Source: an uncultured Methanosarcinales archaeon
Lineage (GTDB): Archaea > Nanobdellota > Nanobdellia > Woesearchaeales > 21-14-0-10-32-9
Reading direction: 5' to 3'
Assembly: GCA_964581965.1 (NCBI GenBank)
Contig: CAZOPU010000001.1
Coordinates: 1-46,729 of the forward strand
DNA length: 46,729 nt
Position numbers and translations under genes: made by a program. This document shows, in pieces, positions 17,587 to 25,261 of the stretch. Every line of letters begins with the position of its first letter. Position 1 is the first letter of the stretch. Below the pieces are notes generated by a model, which saw only the letters and a program-made list of their open reading frames with translations, was not told where the DNA came from and did no database searches.

Positions 17587-17712
17587 ACCATTATTGTTGC
17601 AAAATGTTATATTTAATTTTCTCTTTTATTGTTGAATAATTTTTGTGCAAATTCTCTGTGGAAATCCTCTGCCAGAGTAAAGTTTATAAATAATTGCACT
17701 TAATATGTCCTT

Positions 17713-18171
17713 ATGAAAAAATCGAGGGTTATCTTTCTTGGAGTTATATTATTGTTATTTGTTGTTGCTGTGATTGTAATTATAGCCAATATAAACAAAG
17801 CATCAATAAAAGGATATAATTTATGTTATGATGATGCATACAAGGAAGCTATGAACAACCTTGATGTCAGTTTGTGTGAGCTTGTAGGCAGCGTTAATTA
17901 TCCTTATTATGACAATTATTGCAGGGAGCTTTGCATATCGAATGTTGCGTATGAAAGTGGGAATCCCGAGCTTTGCGAGCTAATCAGTCCTGTAAAAGGA
18001 ATTTCTCATGTTGACGGCTTTGACGATCCTAGGGAATCAGGCTCGCAAATAGATTATTGCTATTTTAACTTGGCAAGAAAGCTTGAGAATAATGCGCTTT
18101 GCGACAATGTAGAGACAGAGTTCGCAAGAACAAAGCTTTGTCCAATTGCTTACAAGGAGAATGAGGATTAA
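17713..18171 (+). CDS. Small Cys-rich membrane-anchored or secreted protein
   Basis: N-terminal TM/signal, then repeated C-containing motifs (LCEL..., YCRELC, LCDN). Confidence 0.5.
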   Translation: MKKSRVIFLGVILLLFVVAVIVIIANINKASIKGYNLCYDDAYKEAMNNLDVSLCELVGSVNYPYYDNYCRELCISNVAYESGNPELCELISPVKGISHVDGFDDPRESGSQIDYCYFNLARKLENNALCDNVETEFARTKLCPIAYKENED

Positions 18172-18225
18172 GTTCCTAGGCTTTTTCTGATTAATTTTTT
18201 AAATGAAAGGGTATTTCTAGCTTCT

Positions 18226-18528
18226 TGTAGGGCAGGGAATGGCTGTCCCCTGAAGGAGGAAAGTCCGCCCACAGAAAAAGACCACTCGCCTGGCGAGATC
18301 CTGAAAAGGATGGCAACCACTCAGAAAAGAGACCCCTCATATGATGGAATGACGGTTGCGAAGGCTAAGGTGACTCGGCTGAGATAACCACCCGACTTTG
18401 CTTATGAGAATGGATGAAACTGTGAGCCCTGGTTTGTGCAACTCCGTTTGGAGGCTTAGTAGAATGCCATAAATGCCCATCCGCCTATCGGCTGGGGCAT
18501 ACAGAAGGTGGCTTACACCTGCTCTACA
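18226..18528 (+). ncRNA. rnpB: RNase P RNA (archaeal type A)
   Basis: CR-I GAGGAAAGUCCGCCC near the 5' end and CR-V ACAGAAGGUGGCUUAC near the 3' end. The P1 helix pairs UGUAGGGCAGG (18226-18236) with CCUGCUCUACA (18518-18528). GC-rich island of about 300 nt. Confidence 0.85.
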
Positions 18529-18658
18529 CTTTTTATTTCTATTTTTGTTTTTTCATACAAAACATAGGTTTAGGATTAGAAGACTGAGTGAAACGAATGT
18601 CGCCTAGGGCGTTAACGGGCATACTGGTTGGCGGTTCACCTGCTCTACACTTTTTATT
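18507..18658 (-). mobile_element. Core+hairpin element with duplication of the RNase P RNA 3' end
   Basis: CACCTGCTCTACACTTTTTATT occurs at 18516-18537 and again at 18637-18658. A weaker match extends about 9 nt upstream. The core GGCGTTAACGGGCATACTGGTT (18608-18629) lies immediately before the second copy. Confidence 0.65.
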
Positions 18659-18707
18659 CTGGAGCTTTACTAAAGTTAAATAATGTAAGAAATAAAAAAA
18701 TAAAAAA

Positions 18708-19118
18708 TTACTTCTGTACGAAATCCATTGCGTTGTAGATTCTTGATGTTGCTTTACGTGCATTCTCGTTGAAGTTATCAAGCGCCTGTTTTTTTGCTAT
18801 GCTGTCGTATTTGTGCCATATCTTGTCTGCAGCATAGAAAATAGAGTCATCTGCTCTAGTCGGAGTTTTTATTACTTCTTCTTTTAATAATACTTCTTTA
18901 TCCATTATAATTGTATTGACTAGTCCATTTCCATTTCTTTTTTTATATAGACTAAAATTTCCTGTATATTTAAGTACGGAGTCTCTTCCATATATGATGT
19001 TTGCCTTTCCGATATAAATTTCTGAGTTGTCTGAAGTATTTATTTTTACTAAGTTTGAACATGATGCTGCGATTGCTGCCAGTCCGATAAATCCTAGTGT
19101 TTGTAATTTTTTGCTCAT
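18708..19118 (-). CDS. Putative lipoprotein (lipobox AASC)
   Basis: N-terminus MSKKLQTLGFIGLAAIAASC has a lipobox-like L-A-A-S-C after a hydrophobic core. Confidence 0.55.
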   Translation of the reverse strand: MSKKLQTLGFIGLAAIAASCSNLVKINTSDNSEIYIGKANIIYGRDSVLKYTGNFSLYKKRNGNGLVNTIIMDKEVLLKEEVIKTPTRADDSIFYAADKIWHKYDSIAKKQALDNFNENARKATSRIYNAMDFVQK

Positions 19119-19122
19119 AGTC

Positions 19123-19677
19123 TCACCTTCTTATTTGGTCTATTGTTTTGTAGACTTTCTGTCTTAGCTTGTTGTACTCGTTTTCTTTCTTTGCGTTTAC
19201 TCTATCGAGCTCTTCTTTTTTCTCTTTTGCTATTACATCATTTATGTAATTTATTTTAGATCTCCAATCGTTATCTGCGGTCACGAAAAGTGTGTCTGTA
19301 AGCTCTTTGTCTTTTCCAAGTACGAATTCAATGTATGTGTTTCTCAGTATTGCTTCTCTTAGGCTGCCTGTCGTCTTGTATGAAATTATTTTGTCAACTA
19401 CTCCTGCTGATTTCTGTCTTAGAGAATTTGCTTTATTTTCATAGATTAGTTTTGTTTCTTTGTTTATGTTTGTTATTGTGAGTGTAGAATCATTGTCTGG
19501 AAGAGTTACGTTGCCTTTATCTGTATAATACAAGACTGGTGTAACTTCAAGTCTTATTTCAATATTTTCTCCTGCGTTGTTTTTTGCGGAGACTATGTTT
19601 TTAGGTTTAGGATATGTGCAGGAAGCGGCTCCTAGTGCTGTTGTTAGTGTCAAAAAGTATAGTGTTGGTTTGTTCAT
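19123..19677 (-). CDS. Putative lipoprotein (lipobox GAASC)
   Basis: N-terminus MNKPTLYFLTLTTALGAASC. Tandem with the previous gene (4-nt gap), so probably an operon. Confidence 0.55.
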   Translation of the reverse strand: MNKPTLYFLTLTTALGAASCTYPKPKNIVSAKNNAGENIEIRLEVTPVLYYTDKGNVTLPDNDSTLTITNINKETKLIYENKANSLRQKSAGVVDKIISYKTTGSLREAILRNTYIEFVLGKDKELTDTLFVTADNDWRSKINYINDVIAKEKKEELDRVNAKKENEYNKLRQKVYKTIDQIRR

Positions 19678-19905
19678 TCTTAATACCTTTTTTATGTTTA
19701 TTTATGGGTGTGAGGATGAAGTATATATAAATCTTTCTATTTTTACTATTGGAAAGTAGTACTTTTTAAAATTAATGTTCTTTTGTGGTTTTTTTTTATT
19801 AATAAGCTTTAGTATATAATTCGCAAGATTTACGGTTAAACTTCAATAATAAATTTAAATCTGGTTTCGCTCCCTCTATTAATCAAACACATTTGGGGGA
19901 AGAAC

Positions 19906-20352
19906 ATGGGATTAACTTTGCCTGGAGGAATTCAGAGAATACCTTCATATCTTAGCAGTGGAGTTGCTAACAACGCAAGAGAGCAGCTAATGATGATAAA
20001 CTATGATTTTACTCAGACGTCATTTCAGTTGATTGGCTCAACAGTGAGGTCTTGGTATAATAAAGATAGCTTTTATGAAAATGATTTATTTGTAAGATAT
20101 TCTCTTGAAGAGCAAAGAGCCATCAAGATGATGGAGCGTGATATGATAGAGCACCTTGCCGGACAAGTAATGGGAGTTGGGGATATAATGGCATTGAAGC
20201 TTTATGAAAATTACGGGGTAAATCCATCAAGAGTGTCTGAGGACATAGAGTCTGCAGTTAATAGCATAATAAATGGCTCTTTGAGCGCTCATTTTTCAGG
20301 AGTAAGAAAACTTGGATACTGGACTGGGTTTTCAAGGGCTATAAATTACTAA
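19906..20352 (+). CDS. Hypothetical protein (148 aa)
   Basis: ORF preceded by GGGGGAAG 4 nt upstream. Soluble. No motif recognised. Confidence 0.5.
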   Translation: MGLTLPGGIQRIPSYLSSGVANNAREQLMMINYDFTQTSFQLIGSTVRSWYNKDSFYENDLFVRYSLEEQRAIKMMERDMIEHLAGQVMGVGDIMALKLYENYGVNPSRVSEDIESAVNSIINGSLSAHFSGVRKLGYWTGFSRAINY

Positions 20353-20362
20353 TTTTGAAAAG

Positions 20363-21172
20363 GTGGTCTATATTTACTCTGAGTTTGGTTATGAGCTTGC
20401 AGAAAGGGCGATAAGCAACGCTGAAACTGCCGCAGAAGCGAGGCAAAATCTGAATTCTAAACGGACATCTGGGTATGATGATGTGTTTGGAGATCTTTTC
20501 GAGCCGAGGGCTCAAACAGTCTCAAATGAAGACAAGGCAAGTTATGCAAGAACTCTAGGTGTTCTTTCAGCATCCATAGACTGGATGTGTAGTCTATATA
20601 ATGCTTCAACGGGCGCCAATGTAAATCCTGATTCTGTTTTCAACAGATTTCACTCAGTAGTTTATCATGTCAGGCCCGAGAACCAAAGAGAGAGGCTTGA
20701 GAACATAATAAAATCCACATTCATTAATAGTTTTGATTATGTTATTCTTAATGACTCTTATGGAATAAGCTCGTATGATGTAGATTTAATGATTGATGCT
20801 GCTTATAGCATATATGAAGCATTGGAGGAGCTAAAAAATATTCCTAAATATGATGGTTCATTAAAGAGAATCTGGAATGAGATAACTTTATCTGATGGTC
20901 AGAGGTCCGAATATTTAATGAACCAGGAAAGAATAAAAGAGATAAACATGATGGTAAGGGATAAGACTGAATTCATTATGGGTAATGCAGAAGGAATATT
21001 TAGCGCTTTGAAAACAAGAAGTAAGTTCATGAACTCATTAATAAATGATATGAGGCATATTTTCATTAACAAAGAAAATTTCATGCCTGAAGGAGTAAGT
21101 AATGAGCACAAGAATGATTTAGGAGTAGGATATACTGTGGAGTATTTTTCCATACTTAAATCGCTTCCCTGA
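20363..21172 (+). CDS. Hypothetical protein (269 aa)
   Basis: GTG start 10 nt after the preceding stop, with AAAGG just upstream. Soluble. No motif recognised. Confidence 0.5.
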   Translation: MVYIYSEFGYELAERAISNAETAAEARQNLNSKRTSGYDDVFGDLFEPRAQTVSNEDKASYARTLGVLSASIDWMCSLYNASTGANVNPDSVFNRFHSVVYHVRPENQRERLENIIKSTFINSFDYVILNDSYGISSYDVDLMIDAAYSIYEALEELKNIPKYDGSLKRIWNEITLSDGQRSEYLMNQERIKEINMMVRDKTEFIMGNAEGIFSALKTRSKFMNSLINDMRHIFINKENFMPEGVSNEHKNDLGVGYTVEYFSILKSLP

Positions 21173-21214
21173 TTTTTAGCAATATTTTTAAATCTCCTCT
21201 CTTTCTCTTGTATT

Positions 21215-21370
21215 ATGAGTAAAGATAATAGGATTAATTTGCCTTCGTCCGGCGCTGGTTTGACTAGGTATTTTGATAATGAGCAGTCAAAAGTAATGAT
21301 TTCTCCTCAGGCTGCGGTGTTTGTTATACTTGCAGTTATTGTAGTGGTGCTATTGTTAACTGGTTTCTAA
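21215..21370 (+). CDS. secG: Preprotein translocase subunit Sec61-beta/SecG (51 aa; below the ORF-track cutoff)
   Basis: My own translation is MSKDNRINLPSSGAGLTRYFDNEQSKVMISPQAAVFVILAVIVVVLLLTGF. It shows the conserved LPSSGAGLxRYF motif followed by a single C-terminal TM, as in archaeal Sec61-beta. Confidence 0.75.
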   Translation: MSKDNRINLPSSGAGLTRYFDNEQSKVMISPQAAVFVILAVIVVVLLLTGF

Positions 21371-21379
21371 GGTGAGCAC

Positions 21380-21736
21380 ATGTTTCCTGGGATGAATCCA
21401 AAGCAGATGCAGCAGGCAATGAGGCAGCTGGGAATAAAACAGGATGACATTGATGCCACAGAAGTAATAATAAGGCTCAAGGACAGGGAAATACTAATAA
21501 CAAACCCTTCCGTTCAGAGAATAAAGATGCAGGGACAGGAAAGTTATCAGGTTTCAGGAGATTCTAAGGAAAGGGCTCTCAGCTCCAGCGATGAAGAGGA
21601 TGTTATTGAGGTAACGGATGAAGATATAGAAACAGTTATGTCTCAAGCAGGATGCACAAAGGAAGAGGCTTTCAAGGCCCTTGAGGAAGCAGAAGGGGAT
21701 TTGGCTATGGCTGTTTTGTTGTTGACAAACAAGTGA
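21380..21736 (+). CDS. nac: Nascent polypeptide-associated complex protein (archaeal alpha-NAC)
   Basis: N-terminus MFPGMNPKQMQQAMRQLGI, a NAC beta-barrel domain, and a C-terminal UBA-like CTKEEAFKALEEAEGDLAMAVLLL. Confidence 0.9.
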   Translation: MFPGMNPKQMQQAMRQLGIKQDDIDATEVIIRLKDREILITNPSVQRIKMQGQESYQVSGDSKERALSSSDEEDVIEVTDEDIETVMSQAGCTKEEAFKALEEAEGDLAMAVLLLTNK

Positions 21737-21826
21737 GTTTTAGGGCTCGACTAAAGGGAGACTCTGAGGGTGTCAACGGGCGTACTGGTTGTGCAGTGGC
21801 TGTTTTGTTGTTGACAAACAAGTAAG
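21708..21826 (-). mobile_element. 59-nt core+hairpin element flanked by a 30-nt duplication of the nac 3' end (including the stop codon)
   Basis: TGGCTGTTTTGTTGTTGACAAACAAGTGAG (21708-21737) versus TGGCTGTTTTGTTGTTGACAAACAAGTAAG (21797-21826). The insert carries GGTGTCAACGGGCGTACTGGTT (21768-21790). Confidence 0.7.
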
Positions 21827-21843
21827 TATATTTTCAAGGCAAG

Positions 21844-21853
21844 TTTTATATAT
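21844..21853 (+). promoter_or_regulatory. TATA-box-like element for the 21878 gene (short or absent leader)
   Basis: TTTTATATAT is centred about 30 nt upstream of ATG 21878, which matches archaeal TATA-to-TSS spacing. Confidence 0.35.
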
Positions 21854-21877
21854 CTCTATCCCGTTCCTGTTTTTCTA

Positions 21878-22357
21878 ATGGAGAAGTTCCAGGAGTTGCG
21901 GGAGAAAGCTTTGAAGTGCGTCAAAGCGGCAGATCACATGCTTGGTGTGAGTTATCCTCTTTTGAATGACCCTAAGATTCTGGTTTCCGTTGCAAATAAT
22001 CTTCTTCTTGCTGTGGATTATGCTCTTGCGTCTGTTCTGGAGCATGAGAAATTATTCAAAAGAATAAATAACATACCTGAGGGTACTGTTTCTAAATATA
22101 ATATATTAAAGCAAAGGTCTCCTGCGGGGTTTGAGGACAAGGATTATGATGTAATATCCGACCTTGCAGAGATATCTGGAAAGCACAGGGCTAGCTCTGT
22201 TGAGTTTCCAAGGGATGACAAGTTTGTCATAGCATCTGATACTTATGAGCTTAGGACTCTGACTGTTAAGGATTTAAAGGAATACTTAACGAAGGTCAGG
22301 GGGATTGTTGAAAAACTATATGAGATGACTAGGAAAAATGATGGAATCTTTAGATGA
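21878..22357 (+). CDS. Hypothetical alpha-helical protein, paralogue of 22338-22799
   Basis: 159 aa. The N-terminal pattern A..L..ADH.L.VS...L.D......A..LL.A.......L.H is shared with the next ORF. Confidence 0.55.
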   Translation: MEKFQELREKALKCVKAADHMLGVSYPLLNDPKILVSVANNLLLAVDYALASVLEHEKLFKRINNIPEGTVSKYNILKQRSPAGFEDKDYDVISDLAEISGKHRASSVEFPRDDKFVIASDTYELRTLTVKDLKEYLTKVRGIVEKLYEMTRKNDGIFR

Positions 22358-22799
22358 TGCGAATGAAGAATTAAAAAGGGTGGACCACCTTATTTATGTG
22401 AGTCTCAAGTACACTAGGACTATTGATGTATTTCTTAATGCCCTTGGAAGGATGATTGAGGCGTATGAGTTTATGTTTGACGCTATGCTAAAGCATGCTG
22501 TGGAAAACAAAAAGCTGAAAGAAGTTCCTAAGACTCCTATAGAAAAAGGCAACCTTGTACGGGAGCTTTATGCCGAAGATGAGGATGTAAAAAGGAATGT
22601 AGAATTATTTTTTCTTATGAGGAAGCTGGTTAAGGCTCCCGCTCACAGTAAAGAGCAGGAGTACAGAAGGCATGTTACTATGAGAACAAATGTTGACGGG
22701 AAGGAAGAGATAATAGACATTGATACGATAACTGAGCATTATCACACTCAAAGGGAATTTTTTAACAAGGTCAGAAAGATTCTTTTGGGTTCTGATTAA
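22338..22799 (+). CDS. Hypothetical alpha-helical protein, paralogue of 21878-22357
   Basis: 153 aa. Overlaps the upstream gene by 20 nt. Similar N-terminal helix pattern (LKRVDHLIYVSLKYTRTIDVFLNALGRMIEAYEFMFDAMLKH). Confidence 0.55.
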   Translation: MMESLDDANEELKRVDHLIYVSLKYTRTIDVFLNALGRMIEAYEFMFDAMLKHAVENKKLKEVPKTPIEKGNLVRELYAEDEDVKRNVELFFLMRKLVKAPAHSKEQEYRRHVTMRTNVDGKEEIIDIDTITEHYHTQREFFNKVRKILLGSD

Positions 22800-22929
22800 G
22801 TTCTTTTTTATTATGCTTTTTTTGTGTCTGTTAGTGGCTTGAGTGCGTAGCACGAAACCACTAAGGCGTTAACGGGCATACTGGTTAGAATGATTCTTTT
22901 GGGTTCTGATTAAGTTCTTTTTTATTATG
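22774..22929 (-). mobile_element. Core+hairpin element flanked by a 38-44-nt duplication of the 3' end of gene 22338-22799
   Basis: GATTCTTTTGGGTTCTGATTAAGTTCTTTTTTATTATG occurs at 22778-22815 and 22892-22929. The insert carries hairpin TTAGTGG...CCACTAA (22831-22864) and core GGCGTTAACGGGCATACTGGTT (22865-22886). Confidence 0.7.
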
Positions 22930-22982
22930 TTTTTAAGAATTGTAGGGTAAAATTAAAAAAATAAAAATAAAAACAAGGTGCT

Positions 22983-23528
22983 TTAGCTGTATCTTCCGTT
23001 TATGGATCCTATGTGTGATTTTATCAACCCGGAAGAAGTTTTGTAGTTAAATGTAAGGTCTGCCTTGAATGCTGCACCTACTACAGGAAGCTTGTCTGGA
23101 TTTTCACAGTCCCATTTTATTGTGAATGTGTCTCCTGCTTTTATTTCAGTAACCAGAGCTTGAACATATTCTCCTTTATATATGGCGTTTATCTGTGGGT
23201 TTATGCACTCTGTTTCAGAGTATTTTGCCCAAGAGCCTGTCAATGGAAGTGTTATTGGCAATTCAAGGTCGTTTCTGAAATCGACAGACACTGTATTTGT
23301 GGCTCTGTCTATTACTGCATTATTTACATTTGGCAACGGCGCTAGGAATGTAGTTTTGTCTGCAGGATTTTCAGGCGCAACTGTTATTGGTGGTGCTTCC
23401 GGCTCCGCTGGTGGCGCAGGCTCGTCTTCTATTCCTGCGGCAGGGGGCGGTGTTTCTTTATCTCCTGAGCACGCAGTAATGAACGCCAGTGCAATCAACA
23501 GTATGAATACAAAGTATGTTTTTTTCAT
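22983..23528 (-). CDS. Putative lipoprotein with Pro/Ala/Glu-rich linker
   Basis: N-terminus MKKTYFVFILLIALAFITACSG (lipobox-like ITAC), a PPPAAGIEDEPAPPAEPEAPP linker, then a beta-rich domain. Confidence 0.6.
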   Translation of the reverse strand: MKKTYFVFILLIALAFITACSGDKETPPPAAGIEDEPAPPAEPEAPPITVAPENPADKTTFLAPLPNVNNAVIDRATNTVSVDFRNDLELPITLPLTGSWAKYSETECINPQINAIYKGEYVQALVTEIKAGDTFTIKWDCENPDKLPVVGAAFKADLTFNYKTSSGLIKSHIGSINGRYS

Positions 23529-23764
23529 TTTAAATCCCTCCTTGCTTCTTTTTTATTTGATTTTTATATAAATATTTTGCATATTTCTTTATTTTGGAAG
23601 TCATTATTGCTATTTATTGCAAAAGAAGGGTGTGTGGGGCATTGAGAATGATATATGAAATGCATTAGTTATTGACGAATATGACTGGCAAGGGGAAAGT
23701 TTTATATATTCTTAATTCATTTTTACTTTGTATTAGTGGTTTTGTTGTGAGAAGGTGATTGAAA

Positions 23765-24049
23765 ATGCTTAAAATGAAAAGAATGACTGAAACATACGAT
23801 ATGAGAGTTTTTACTGATTCTGGGGAATACTTTGGCGACGTTGAAGAAGTTATAGTTACAAACTCCAAAGTATTTGGATGGAAGGTAAGGGCTACAAAGA
23901 ACTCATTCCTTACAAAAGTTCTTGGCTCTGCAAAAGGAGTTATAGTCCCTCATCAGCTTGTAAAGAACATAGGGGATATAATGATAATAAACAAGTCTGC
24001 AGTTCCTAATTATGAAGGGGGCAATGAGGCTCAAGAGCAGCAGAATTAA
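23765..24049 (+). CDS. PRC-barrel domain protein (94 aa)
   Basis: VFTDSGEYFGDVEEVIV... and VPHQLVKNIGDIMII fit the PRC-barrel pattern. GAAGGTGA lies 6 nt upstream of ATG 23765. The track ORF starts at TTG 23759. Confidence 0.65.
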   Translation: MLKMKRMTETYDMRVFTDSGEYFGDVEEVIVTNSKVFGWKVRATKNSFLTKVLGSAKGVIVPHQLVKNIGDIMIINKSAVPNYEGGNEAQEQQN

Positions 24050-24125
24050 TTTTATTTATTTTTTAGGTGTTCTTTTTTAGATTTAATTAAATTATCAGTT
24101 TGATTCTTTTTTTCAAATTGCTCTT

Positions 24126-24659
24126 TCAAATTGATTTGCTTATGTGCTTTGAAATTATATTATTATAAGGGTCTATTCCTGTCTGCGCTAGAAGATTCTT
24201 CATGGATATAAGATATAAAAGGGAGAAGCCGGTCCATGTGAATATTATTTGTGTTTCATCCTTTTCCGCATGTTTTGCAAATCCTTTTATTATGTAATTT
24301 CCGAAAAATAATTCTTTTATTTCCCTGTCAAGCATGCTGCTTTTGGTGTATGTCGGCCTGGGTTTTATCTTTATGTTATTTTCTTTTATTAGTCTGCTTA
24401 CTTTTTCCTCTGAGTTTCCCAGATGCCTGAACCTTGGGATTAATTTATCTTCTACGAGAACATTTTCGAGGAACTTGTCTATCTCAAGAGAGAATAATGT
24501 GTCTTTTTTAAGTTTGAGGGAATCATATTGCGGCTGGTATATTACTATTGGGGTTGCAGGCTCGTTTTTGTTTTTATTGTACGCGAAATCAACTATTTTA
24601 TAGAGTCCTTTCTCGAAGTGGAGGTAAAATCCTTCCTTTACATAAGGTTGATCATTCAT
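24126..24659 (-). CDS. DUF1653-like domain protein with C-terminal extension (paralogue B)
   Basis: N-terminus GFYLHFEKGLYKIVDFAYNK....IVIYQPQY....F.....KF matches the DUF1653 pattern (Y.H.KG..Y.V...A......VVY..LY...W.RP...F). Paralogous to the upstream gene over its full length. Confidence 0.55.
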   Translation of the reverse strand: MNDQPYVKEGFYLHFEKGLYKIVDFAYNKNKNEPATPIVIYQPQYDSLKLKKDTLFSLEIDKFLENVLVEDKLIPRFRHLGNSEEKVSRLIKENNIKIKPRPTYTKSSMLDREIKELFFGNYIIKGFAKHAEKDETQIIFTWTGFSLLYLISMKNLLAQTGIDPYNNIISKHISKSI

Positions 24660-24661
24660 TT

Positions 24662-25213
24662 TCAGAGGAATTTCTTCGCGTCATCAAGCTCTTTAATGTA
24701 TTTCGACAAAATATCATTTGAAGGGGTTACAAATGATTTTGCTGCTTCAAAGAACTCTTTTTCAGGAAGTGCCAACAGCCTGTTAAGTCCGTTTTTATAA
24801 TATAATACAATTGTGTCGAGGGTTTCGCTGTGAATTGCAAATCCTTTTATTGCATATTGCATGAAAACCAGCTCTGCTTTACTTTCGCTTAGCATGCTTT
24901 GCTTCTTGAACTCAGGATTTATTCCTAATTTATGCTGGTTTATTATTTGCATTACTTCCTCTTCGTTTTTTCCAATGTATCTGAATCTCGGAGTGTGGGT
25001 TGCAATATTTTCAAAGAACATTTTTGTAGGTCTTACCCAAAGAGTATCATCAGGGATGTTTTGTTTTGGGTACTGGGGTTGATATATTACAATATCTTCG
25101 TTGAATGGATGCTTTTCAGAGGGGTTGTCTGTTGAGGCAAACTTTAGAAGTCTGTACACTTTTTTCTTGTAATGCATGTAATATCCTCCAATAACTACTG
25201 GTTGTCCGTTCAT
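24662..25213 (-). CDS. DUF1653-like domain protein with C-terminal extension (paralogue A)
   Basis: GYYMHYKKKVYRLLKFA...DIVIYQPQYP...LWVRPTKMFFENI..TPRFRYIG. A 2-nt gap to the downstream paralogue suggests an operon. Confidence 0.6.
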   Translation of the reverse strand: MNGQPVVIGGYYMHYKKKVYRLLKFASTDNPSEKHPFNEDIVIYQPQYPKQNIPDDTLWVRPTKMFFENIATHTPRFRYIGKNEEEVMQIINQHKLGINPEFKKQSMLSESKAELVFMQYAIKGFAIHSETLDTIVLYYKNGLNRLLALPEKEFFEAAKSFVTPSNDILSKYIKELDDAKKFL

Positions 25214-25261
25214 TTTACTTTCAGAGCTCCTTTACTTTTGTTGATATAATTTGGTATGTGT

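Noticed and set aside
23182-23571. 129-aa ORF on the plus strand opposite the 22983-23528 lipoprotein gene
   Set aside because: Its Gly/Ala/Ser-rich stretch is the complement of the Pro/Ala/Glu linker. The minus-strand ORF has a proper lipobox signal peptide.
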